Shown: piece after piece, positions 56,731 to 64,000 of the stretch
How positions within the stretch are numbered: position 1 is the first letter of the stretch
How the letters are laid out: every line of letters starts with the position of its first letter
Assembly: GCA_027459625.1 (NCBI GenBank)
Contig: DAIDHP010000009.1
Coordinates: 14,510 to 78,509 of the forward strand
Reading direction: 5' to 3'
Source of the DNA: Chthonomonadales bacterium
GTDB lineage: Bacteria > Armatimonadota > Chthonomonadetes > Chthonomonadales > CAJBBX01
Length of the DNA: 64,000 nt
The notes under the pieces: model-generated
Told to the model about the DNA's origin: nothing
The model's database searches: none
Seen by the model: the letters and a program-made list of their open reading frames with translations, nothing else
Made by a program: the position numbers and the translations under genes

Positions 56731-58848
56731 TCACGCAGCAAGGGGATAATTGATCGTATCCGTTTTATTGTTTGACAGCTCAATCAACTCCTCATCCGTG
56801 ATGGAGTTGAACGCTTCCACGACGATGGGATCGAACTGCTTTTCCGTCTGATCGTTGATGATCTGCCTTGCATCCGTAATGGAAAGGGCCTTGCGATACG
56901 GTCGATCAGTGGTTATAGCGTCAAAGGCATCGCAAATGGTGAAAATCCTCGCTGAAAGCGGTATGGAGTTGCCTGCAAGATTATCAGGATATCCGGTTCC
57001 ATCCCACCGTTCGTGATGATGCAGAACAATGGGGAGCGCCGGGATAAGAAGAGGAAATTCGCAGATGAGTTCAGCCCCGACGATAGGATGGCGGCGCATC
57101 ACCGCAAGTTCATCGTCGGTAAGCCTGCCCGGTTTTCTGAGGATGTAATCCGGCAGACGTATTTTCCCGATATCATGAAAGAGTGACCCTAGTGCGATAT
57201 CACGCAAATCGCTTGGCGTTATCAGCGGCACCGACCCGGAACGGAAATGTTTTCTCTGATACATGCTCGCCATTGCGCTTGTCACGCGCATCGCGTAACG
57301 CGACACTCTCAAGGAATGCCCGTGCGTCTCGGCGTCTCGTAAGTCAAGTGCGGATAACAGGGTTCCAAGAATGGGACCCGCAGGCTCCTGAAGCAGTCCC
57401 TCAACCCCGCCAAAAGGATCAAATCCGACCGAATTCACAAATTCCGAATTATCTTTTAAGCTTGTCGGAATCTGCGCGTGATTCATATCCTCATTGGTCC
57501 TGAAGTCGCTTGACATTGGGGGTAACTTTGCGTTGATCGGGATTGGGGACGTTTCCACGCGATTGCGTCCAAGCCTTTTTGCTTCGTAAAGCGCATTGTC
57601 AGCCATCTCCACAAGCTCTTCCGGATCGATGACGTCGGAGTGCAGATAGGATACTCCCGAACTTATAGTCAACGGCAAACCCAGCACGCCGTTCTCCTCC
57701 ACGTTCTGCCGTATCCTCTCCGCCACCACTTGAGCTGTGTTCGGCTCGGCATGGTTGAGAATGATGGCGAACTCCTCGCCTCCATATCTTGCAACGATAT
57801 CCCCGATTCTCACTGCGTTTTTCAAGATATCGGCGATATGTTTAAGAACTTGATCCCCTGACAAGTGACCATGCTCATCATTGAACTTCTTAAAATAATC
57901 CACATCCAGCATTATCAGCGAAAGCGGCTGTTGATGCCTTAAAGCCTGAGAGATGCACTTTCGCAACGATTCCTGAAACATGCGTCTGTTGGCAAGGCCC
58001 GTTAGGCTGTCAGTGGTAGCCTGTTCCTCAAGCTTTGCATTCATTTCCTCCAGTTGAGAGTTATTGGATGCCAGTTCGGTTTGCATCGCGATAAGCTGGT
58101 CGTTCATATCCGCCATCGCCTTCGCTTGCTCCAGCATTCGATTATTACGATCCTCCAACTCCCGATGAGATTCCTGCAACTCCTCATACAGTTTCCGCAT
58201 GGCCATATTCTCGCCGGCATCCAACAGTGCATTAGAGGTACGAGTGGCGTTAATCCAGGTAAGAAACGCAACAACGTAGTAAAGCAGGCTGATTACCAAG
58301 CCAACGGAACCGTAGAGCAAAATGGGTACGTGATCCACCGAATAGCCCCAAAGAAGACAGTGGCGAATGAGATAGGTCCACACCAAAGCCGAACTGATGG
58401 CTGCTATCACAAACGGAGACTTGTTATGCATCATGTAACCGGACTGCATAATCACCGCTGCGAGGAATCCAAAAAACGGCATGACGGGCATCGCGGGTCC
58501 GGCTGGCGCAAGGAGGAAGGGAATGGCGAATGCAACCATGGGGGCGATAATAACCATATTGCATGCGAATTCCTCACGCCCTTTTTTATAAAGGTATGAG
58601 GATAGGAGGCGCAGAAAGACAGCCGTTGCAATTCCAGCTATGTAATATGGAAGCGGCTTTAGAAAGTAGCAGTCGGGCAGGATAAGTAGTATTACGACCG
58701 GGTATATCCATGCCGATGGCATGTTATTACCGACGGATTTTGCGTTGTCCTTGCATTTCCCCGCCTCTTTTGCAGCGCATGTCTGACTCATGGGCATCTT
58801 CTCAAAATCACCCTCCGAGCCATCTCTATTGCTCTCTGTAACCCCCAT
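56731..58848 (-). CDS. Polytopic membrane GGDEF diguanylate cyclase fused to HD-GYP phosphodiesterase
   Basis: ~6 N-terminal TM segments, a coiled coil, GGDEF (RYGGEEFAIIL) and HD-GYP (HDIGKI...HHERWDGTGYP). Exact start uncertain. Confidence 0.88.
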   Translation of the reverse strand: MGVTESNRDGSEGDFEKMPMSQTCAAKEAGKCKDNAKSVGNNMPSAWIYPVVILLILPDCYFLKPLPYYIAGIATAVFLRLLSSYLYKKGREEFACNMVIIAPMVAFAIPFLLAPAGPAMPVMPFFGFLAAVIMQSGYMMHNKSPFVIAAISSALVWTYLIRHCLLWGYSVDHVPILLYGSVGLVISLLYYVVAFLTWINATRTSNALLDAGENMAMRKLYEELQESHRELEDRNNRMLEQAKAMADMNDQLIAMQTELASNNSQLEEMNAKLEEQATTDSLTGLANRRMFQESLRKCISQALRHQQPLSLIMLDVDYFKKFNDEHGHLSGDQVLKHIADILKNAVRIGDIVARYGGEEFAIILNHAEPNTAQVVAERIRQNVEENGVLGLPLTISSGVSYLHSDVIDPEELVEMADNALYEAKRLGRNRVETSPIPINAKLPPMSSDFRTNEDMNHAQIPTSLKDNSEFVNSVGFDPFGGVEGLLQEPAGPILGTLLSALDLRDAETHGHSLRVSRYAMRVTSAMASMYQRKHFRSGSVPLITPSDLRDIALGSLFHDIGKIRLPDYILRKPGRLTDDELAVMRRHPIVGAELICEFPLLIPALPIVLHHHERWDGTGYPDNLAGNSIPLSARIFTICDAFDAITTDRPYRKALSITDARQIINDQTEKQFDPIVVEAFNSITDEELIELSNNKTDTINYPLAA

Positions 58849-59086
58849 GATACCGCACTACTCCTCGAGAAGTGTTTTCTTCTTGGAGGTTATTCCATAT
58901 CCAAAACGAATCCTTCCATGAAAACAACTGCGGAAATGGTGTAAAGCTGGTTAAAAAGTGAAAATAGAGACCCCTTGTCGAATAACCAACCTTACCGCGA
59001 CTCGAATTCAGATATCGCGAAAGAGTTGTAAAAAGTCGCATATGCGCTATACAATATCCGTCATTCACCCAACAAAGAAAAAAGCG

Positions 59087-59122
59087 TCGATGGGATTCAT
59101 CGACGCTTTTTTAGAAGGGAAT
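59087..59122 (-). terminator. Rho-independent terminator after the small OMP gene
   Basis: AAAAAAA-GCGTCGAT-gggattc-ATCGACGC-TTTTTT. Perfect 8-bp stem flanked by A7/T6 runs, 6 nt downstream of the stop at 59128. Confidence 0.8.
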
Positions 59123-59127
59123 TTCCC

Positions 59128-59625
59128 TTACATGCCAATGCCAAGGGTCAAAGCCAAGCCATCGAGTTCGTTTCGAGAATTTAATGTTCCCATGTACCTT
59201 AGATCCAGATCCACGGGATGATCGCCTCCCTTTATCTCGTACCCGAGCAACCCTTCATAGCAAAAGGCGTTAATGCCGTGTTGAGAATCATGACCAACGC
59301 TTATGCCCGCGCCAAACCCCATGCGAACGCGACGACGCACCGTGCGAAGATTTAGCTTGAACGGAATGGAGTATAGATTTCCGTTTCCGTAGTAATCCAA
59401 ACTGAATGTCCCCTCCCAGTTCTGCCCTTGATAAAGCAGTCGCTCCGCGCCGACAGTACCCCACACATCCCCTTGGGCGTCCTGAGCGCTCGTCTTTAAT
59501 GGAAAGAAAAATCCGCCTCTAAGGGTCCAGCCTTGAGAAATGTCATCCAACGATTGGGCGAATGCAACTGAACTTAAAACCAGCATAAACACACAGCCCG
59601 CTAATACTAGGACTTTTTTCACCAT
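59128..59625 (-). CDS. Small outer-membrane beta-barrel-like protein
   Basis: 165 aa. Signal peptide MVKKVLVLAGCVFMLVLSSVAFA. Alternating aromatic/aliphatic beta-strand pattern (WEGTFSLDYYG, RMGFGAGISVG, GLLGYEI, LDLRYMG, LALTLGIGM). Confidence 0.5.
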   Translation of the reverse strand: MVKKVLVLAGCVFMLVLSSVAFAQSLDDISQGWTLRGGFFFPLKTSAQDAQGDVWGTVGAERLLYQGQNWEGTFSLDYYGNGNLYSIPFKLNLRTVRRRVRMGFGAGISVGHDSQHGINAFCYEGLLGYEIKGGDHPVDLDLRYMGTLNSRNELDGLALTLGIGM

Positions 59626-59853
59626 CTATCCTCCTTAAAGTGATGTGTCGGGGGGCTCCACCCCGACGACAAACGCCATAGGTTTCCATTGCTTATCCAG
59701 TCTTTCCATGTTTCGACCGACAGAAATCGGAAACAGATTGAGCCTGTATATTATTTTTCACCAAATCGGGGAAAATTCCTGCATCCGTCCGAACAAAATT
59801 GAAAAAAACCTTAAAAAAACCCTTTTTGGAACATTAGACGAACCGATACACGC

Positions 59854-60699
59854 TTACTCGTCATCGTCATGCTGATGCTTGTGTTCCGAATCATGGGCGT
59901 GAACATGGCTGTGAATTTCATCTCCATGACGATGATAATGCTCATGGATTAAGTTCACTCGAAGAAGCATCTCCGTATTTTTCAGCGTCTCCTTGGCTGG
60001 GCCTACCTCCTCGATACGATGCTTTTCGTTAAAAATAACGACAGTATCCGCAATATCGTCCACAATATCCAAATCATGCGATGCAATCACAATAGTTTTA
60101 CCCGCGTTGTGCAGTTTTTTCAAAGTCTCCACCAACCACATCTGACTACGCGGATCCAGACCAGCCGAGGGCTCATCCAGCAATAGCACGCTCGGATTCA
60201 AGGATAAAACCGACGCCAGCGCCACCTTTTTCTTCTCCCCCCCCGACATCAAATAGGGGGGACGCTGGAGAAGATGAGTGATTTCAAGCATTTCGGAGAT
60301 ATCCTCGACGCGTTGCTTCACCTGCTGAGGCGAAAGATGGAGGTGAAGGGGGCCAAAGGCTATCTCCTCCTCCACGGTGGGTGAAAACAGTTGTATGTCT
60401 GATTGTTGAAAGATAAACCCAACATTGCGCCTAAACCAGCGATTGAAGTTATCGCTCTTCAAGGCGTTTTCCGATAACTCCTCGCCGAAAAAACGGATGT
60501 TCCCTTTCATGGGGAAAAGCAACCCGTCAAGTACCTTAAGCAGGGTGGATTTACCACATCCGTTAGCCCCCATCAGCGCCATGGACGCGCCTTCCAAAAC
60601 ATCAAAGGAGATGTCATCCAACACGACATCCCCTCCCGGATAGGCAAAATGAACTTGGCGAACCTCGAAAAGCGAACGTTGAGGGCAATCGCTATCCAA
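59854..60699 (-). CDS. cbiO: ECF-type Ni/Co transporter ATPase (CbiO/NikO) with His-rich C-terminal tail
   Basis: Walker A GANGCGKST, signature LSGGEKKKV, Walker B LLLDEP. The tail HEHYHRHGDEIHSHVHAHDSEHKHQHDDDE has 11 His in the last 30 aa. Confidence 0.88.
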   Translation of the reverse strand: MDSDCPQRSLFEVRQVHFAYPGGDVVLDDISFDVLEGASMALMGANGCGKSTLLKVLDGLLFPMKGNIRFFGEELSENALKSDNFNRWFRRNVGFIFQQSDIQLFSPTVEEEIAFGPLHLHLSPQQVKQRVEDISEMLEITHLLQRPPYLMSGGEKKKVALASVLSLNPSVLLLDEPSAGLDPRSQMWLVETLKKLHNAGKTIVIASHDLDIVDDIADTVVIFNEKHRIEEVGPAKETLKNTEMLLRVNLIHEHYHRHGDEIHSHVHAHDSEHKHQHDDDE

Positions 60700-62647
60700 T
60701 GAAACCTCCTATTATTGAAAAGAGAAAAACAAGCATAAATAACCCGCCCCAGGTGAAATCTCTCCAGCCAAAATGAGACCTCCTTAAAAAGCGGGTCTCC
60801 CCTCCCCAGCCACGGGATCGCATCGCACCGTGAATATCCTCTGTGAGATTCATGCTTTTCACGAAAAGAGCTCCCATGGATGCGGAAAGAAAACACCGCG
60901 CCTCCTCCGTGTCCGCAGCGTGGACTGTGCGACTTTTTCTGGCAAGGAACATATCCTCGGCGGAACGCAGCAGTAACAGCATGTAGCGATGAGTCATCTC
61001 AAGTATCCAAAGAAACGTTCGTGGGACCATAAGCATGCCCATCCCCTCGAAGAGCTGATGGCTCGCAGTGGTGGACGAGAGAAGAGCCACGAAGGATACC
61101 GCGCAGAGCATCCTCAAAAGGAACATGCCGGCGGTAATGGAACCCTCAAGCGTAATGCAGATATAGGGATGAGAGGAAATCGTAAGCAAAGCGTGTCCCT
61201 GATGCACCCAATTCAACGTGGAGGGTATCGCAATCGGCAAAATGAAGAAAGCCACCGGAGTAACCACCCTCTTGAAAAAGCCATCCATGGGGAGTTTGGA
61301 TAACAGAGCTAGCATCCATGCGAAAAGCAGCAAACCCGCCAGGATATACGCCTGATTGCACATGACCGCCGCCAAGGAAAGGAGCAATAGCGATACCACC
61401 TTGGTGCGTGGGTCCAACCTTTGCAATGCTCCATCCAGCTTGGCTGTTTTCTCCTGCTGCATCGCGACGCTCCAGTTTACGGATAGGTCCTCCAATGTCT
61501 TATCGAGCCAGCCTCGCTTCATGGTTCGGTACTCGCCACCCTTCGTTTCACGGGGATTATCGTCTTCGGGAGATCGCAGCAACCATTCGGGCAATTCCCC
61601 GGCGGTCAGCTTACTCCTTGTTTCCCCTCCATTCCATTTATCGGGCGAACTCTCGGACTTATTACGTACGAAAAGCTTAGCGACCAATAGGATGAGTCCC
61701 GAAGCCAAAGTGATTCCAATGACGGCGGAGAGGATGTAAAACAGCGGCCCCTTATCACTGAGGTAATCGGGGAATAGTGCAAACCCTTTCCATCCATACC
61801 TCTCCACTCCGAGGAAGCCCGAAGGCAGGTAACCCGCCTGCTTTTTCAACCCCTCCACGCCCCATTCTCCGAATGCATCCCCTTTCGCTAAAATCCCGAG
61901 AGGGGTGAGCGCCGCCATCACTCCCAATCCAGCCCATAGCAGGCTTAGTCCGTATTTCGACGCAGTTTGCCCTTCGGAAGCTCCGTACAGGACGAAATTA
62001 CGGGATTGCATATACCTGACTACGGAGGCTGTCACAACCGCCTCCGCCACCCCGGCGAACGCCATGTGGGCGAAGAGCATGGCGGGAATGGATACGGAGA
62101 GAGGGAAAGGAAAATAGAGAGCCCTTCCGCTCGCGTCATGGTAGAGAATGGGTTGAATCCCCAGTACGACAGCAGTGATAAACGCGGCGACATTCAAACC
62201 GATCCAGGATCCAATCCCGGCCGCAATGGCTCTGCGCGGATGATTTGACGGGGTCCTGCCGGAGATCAGGGTGTAGACGAACCAACCGCAAATCGGCATT
62301 GCGAAAGCCATAGTGAAGGAGTTGACACCTATAGCCAACGCCCCTCCATCCATGAAAAACAGAGCCTGCACCACCAACGCCGCAGTGACGCCAATGATGG
62401 CGGCGGAAGGTCCAAGAAGCACCGCCAGAAGCACCGCACCCACGGGATGCACCGTGGTTCCCCCCGGAACTGGTATGTTGAACATCATGATTGTGAAGCA
62501 GAATGCGGTTCCGATGGCAAGCAGTGGGATATGCTTTGTCGACAACGAACGGCGCATCTGCTTGCCCGCCACGAACCACGCGGGAGCCATTACCGCCGCC
62601 CCTACGGCGCAGGTCTCCGGACTTATCATGGAATCGGGGATATGCAT
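60692..62647 (-). CDS. Fused ECF Ni/Co transporter membrane components: NikM/CbiM + PDGLE (NikN-like) + CbiQ/NikQ
   Basis: Start moved to ATG 62647 (GGAGGA upstream), giving N-terminus MHIPDSMISPE (the metal-binding Met-His N-terminus of CbiM/NikM). The mid region has GDAFGEWG plus a terminal TM (PDGLE pattern). The C-terminal ~260 aa follow the CbiQ pattern (LDPRTKVV...). 8-nt overlap with the ATPase gene. Confidence 0.8.
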   Translation of the reverse strand: MHIPDSMISPETCAVGAAVMAPAWFVAGKQMRRSLSTKHIPLLAIGTAFCFTIMMFNIPVPGGTTVHPVGAVLLAVLLGPSAAIIGVTAALVVQALFFMDGGALAIGVNSFTMAFAMPICGWFVYTLISGRTPSNHPRRAIAAGIGSWIGLNVAAFITAVVLGIQPILYHDASGRALYFPFPLSVSIPAMLFAHMAFAGVAEAVVTASVVRYMQSRNFVLYGASEGQTASKYGLSLLWAGLGVMAALTPLGILAKGDAFGEWGVEGLKKQAGYLPSGFLGVERYGWKGFALFPDYLSDKGPLFYILSAVIGITLASGLILLVAKLFVRNKSESSPDKWNGGETRSKLTAGELPEWLLRSPEDDNPRETKGGEYRTMKRGWLDKTLEDLSVNWSVAMQQEKTAKLDGALQRLDPRTKVVSLLLLSLAAVMCNQAYILAGLLLFAWMLALLSKLPMDGFFKRVVTPVAFFILPIAIPSTLNWVHQGHALLTISSHPYICITLEGSITAGMFLLRMLCAVSFVALLSSTTASHQLFEGMGMLMVPRTFLWILEMTHRYMLLLLRSAEDMFLARKSRTVHAADTEEARCFLSASMGALFVKSMNLTEDIHGAMRSRGWGGETRFLRRSHFGWRDFTWGGLFMLVFLFSIIGGFIG

Positions 62648-62951
62648 ACGGAATGTTTCCTCCACTCGGAAAAATGCCACTTCACTTACTCTACGTTACA
62701 ACAGAGCGCAAATTACCCACGATAACGTATCAGTGTGATTATTACGTGATTCACATGGATGATAATATGACAGCTTGAGCATGTTTTGAGTATATTATAC
62801 GAAATTGAGGTGGCTTTTGGTACGCTGGAAAAGTTAATATCCATCCATATAGGAGGGGACGAATAGATTAGTGATGACATGCACGGAAGGGGCGGAAATC
62901 ATTCCGCCCCTTCGGAACAGGGGAAAGCTTGGATGTTATGACTTTACAAAC

Positions 62952-63173
62952 TTAAGCCACGGCGTATATCTGGTTTTCCCCTCCGCTGGTCACGCATTTC
63001 TGCGCGGAGATTTCCGGGCGGCGTCTGTATATCACCGATCCATCCGCACCTATATATCGGTCCGCATGAAAATCCAGAAATCTCAGCACCGACCAAGGAA
63101 CATTGACTTCCACCGGTTCCGACATGGCTGGGAATTCCAGTTTGACTTTTATGTGTTCTTCTATGTAGTACAT
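62952..63173 (-). CDS. Small hypothetical protein
   Basis: 73 aa from ATG 63173 (AGGAA 8 nt upstream): MYYIEEHIKVKLEFPAMSEPVEVNVPWSVLRFLDFHADRYIGADGSVIYRRRPE.... The composition is more protein-like than the overlapping plus-strand ORF. No homology recognised. Confidence 0.3.
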   Translation of the reverse strand: MYYIEEHIKVKLEFPAMSEPVEVNVPWSVLRFLDFHADRYIGADGSVIYRRRPEISAQKCVTSGGENQIYAVA

Positions 63174-63227
63174 GATTCGATTCCTATGCTTTCCCCTATT
63201 TAGCAATCTTCATTTTATTCAATATCA

Positions 63228-63257
63228 TTGACGTTTTCCATGGCGAAAAGTTACAAT
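63228..63257 (+). promoter_or_regulatory. Candidate sigma70-type promoter for the prenyltransferase-like gene
   Basis: TTGACG (63228-63233), 18-nt spacer, TACAAT (63252-63257). It lies ~155 nt upstream of ATG 63417. Confidence 0.45.
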
Positions 63258-63416
63258 TTATTTTCACTCATAACCGAGTTTCCAAAGTAATATCCTTTAG
63301 AAATGATTGAACTTGCGTAACTCTAAGATTAGATTACGTAACGAGGATCGCTTTTATTTCTGAGGATATTATAAACTGGTACAGTTGGGTGAAAAGCATC
63401 GTATAAAGGGGGATGG

Positions 63417-64000
63417 ATGGATTACTTAACTATAACCGATGAGTTGTTGATAGATGGGATTTCACGAACATCCAAGAGGTTTTTACTCCACCAAATGGAT
63501 TGGTTGGAAACTCGATGGAATGCTGACGGCGGCTTCCAGAACAGAGCCGGGGGGTCGGATCTGTACTACACGGATTTCGGCGCACGTTGTTTGGCTTTGC
63601 TGGGGGCTGAGAAGAGGTCGTACAAGCGCGTAGCGGACTATCTTGCAACCCTCACGACGGCTCCCGTAACTGTTGTGGAATGGTTCAACCTCCTGAACAT
63701 CCGCCGGATCCTAACCCGGTACGGAGATGTACCAGTGACATTCGAAACACCTCATGGAATATCAATAAATAAAAACCCTTACGAGTTGTTCCTGAATGCG
63801 TTATGCCTTGGAATGACAGGAGAGAACCCCCAAGCCTCCGACAGGTTCATATTTGAAATCAAGGATATCCCGCAAACCAGTCTCCTCGCAGCATGGGCGG
63901 GATACCTTCTTATAGTGGAACCCGATAAAAGGGATACGATAGAGATGTGCTTGGACACAATAACCGCTTTTCGCCACACGGACGGAGGATATCTCGCCCA
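63417..64000 (+). CDS. Prenyltransferase/squalene-oxidase-repeat (terpenoid-cyclase-fold) protein, 3-prime partial
   Basis: Not in the ORF track because it runs off the window. My translation from ATG 63417 (GGGGGA upstream): MDYLTITDELLIDGISRTSKRFLLHQMDWLETRWNADGGFQNRAGGSDLYYTDFGARCLALLG...AFRHTDGGYLA. DGGF/DGGY plus SDLYYT are typical alpha-alpha toroid repeats. Confidence 0.5.
   Translation, partial: MDYLTITDELLIDGISRTSKRFLLHQMDWLETRWNADGGFQNRAGGSDLYYTDFGARCLALLGAEKRSYKRVADYLATLTTAPVTVVEWFNLLNIRRILTRYGDVPVTFETPHGISINKNPYELFLNALCLGMTGENPQASDRFIFEIKDIPQTSLLAAWAGYLLIVEPDKRDTIEMCLDTITAFRHTDGGYLA

Noticed and set aside
59647-59667. GTCGGGG-ggctcca-CCCCGAC hairpin between cbiO and the small OMP gene.
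   Set aside because: No T-run follows on the minus strand, and it lies ~10 nt upstream of the OMP RBS. It is probably a 5-prime UTR structure or a weak processing site and was not called as a terminator.
5081-62680. Longer N-terminal extensions offered by the ORF track (starts at 5081, 7097, 23089, 30195, 34195, 39846, 42122, 48933, 52230, 52711 and 62680).
   Set aside because: In each case an internal ATG has a Shine-Dalgarno-like box and/or coincides with the conserved family N-terminus or signal peptide, so the shorter start was preferred.
62871-63203. 110-aa plus-strand ORF overlapping the small minus-strand ORF.
   Set aside because: It is R/H/F-rich and starts without an RBS. The minus-strand frame (62952-63173) has an AGGAA RBS and a more protein-like sequence, though even that call is low-confidence.
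1-64000. Scanned the window for CRISPR arrays, tRNA/rRNA/tmRNA/RNase P/SRP hallmarks, transposase, integrase or phage genes, and known defence-system genes.
   Set aside because: None were recognised by eye. There are no regularly spaced direct repeats, no GGTTCGAATCC-type T-arm motifs in intergenic regions, and no DDE, tyrosine-recombinase or nuclease/ATPase defence signatures among the ORFs. An Infernal/tRNAscan/DefenseFinder run would be the definitive check.

Overview
This is a gene-dense 64-kb chromosomal window of roughly 50% GC (judged by eye). I call about 43 protein-coding genes, roughly two thirds on the minus strand. I recognised no rRNA or tRNA genes, CRISPR arrays, transposases, integrases or prophage genes.

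Secure anchors:
- rpoB (23304-27602) and rpoC (18389-23056)
- citrate synthase, nuoB-nuoI, ruvC, rmlD and a PMM/PGM
- two large PAS/GAF hybrid histidine kinases
- a soluble globin-coupled chemoreceptor and a GGDEF+HD-GYP protein
- DsbD, a BtuF/BtuC-type importer, and a fused NikM-PDGLE-CbiQ plus His-tailed ATPase Ni/Co ECF transporter

The rest is dominated by secreted or lipoprotein glycoside-hydrolase-like proteins, an LRR protein and a DUF1559 prepilin-type protein ([36 protein letters not shown]). These signatures suggest an Armatimonadota-like genome, possibly Chthonomonas-like. That is a guess from protein signatures only.

Classical operons look broken up:
- rpoBC has its own sigma70-type promoter and no rplKAJL upstream.
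- nuoB-nuoI stand alone.
- rmlD lacks rmlABC.
- The BtuFC-type importer has no ATPase gene.

Most worth a second look:
1. A translationally coupled trio at 34288-37211: a deoxyhypusine-synthase-like protein, an HldA-like sugar kinase and an Rv3806c-like UbiA polyprenyl-phosphate phosphoribosyltransferase. It is flanked by a translin-family gene and an orphan 8-Cys TerY-C-like protein. I cannot map this combination to any described pathway.
2. Lineage-specific RNA polymerase inserts: a CxxC-X14-CxxC zinc ribbon in beta, a 53-aa insert in the beta-prime trigger loop, and an acidic beta-prime tail.
3. A tandem pair of divergent ~672-aa secreted paralogues.
4. The triple-fused Ni/Co ECF transporter.

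All family assignments are motif-by-eye calls and need HMM or structure confirmation.
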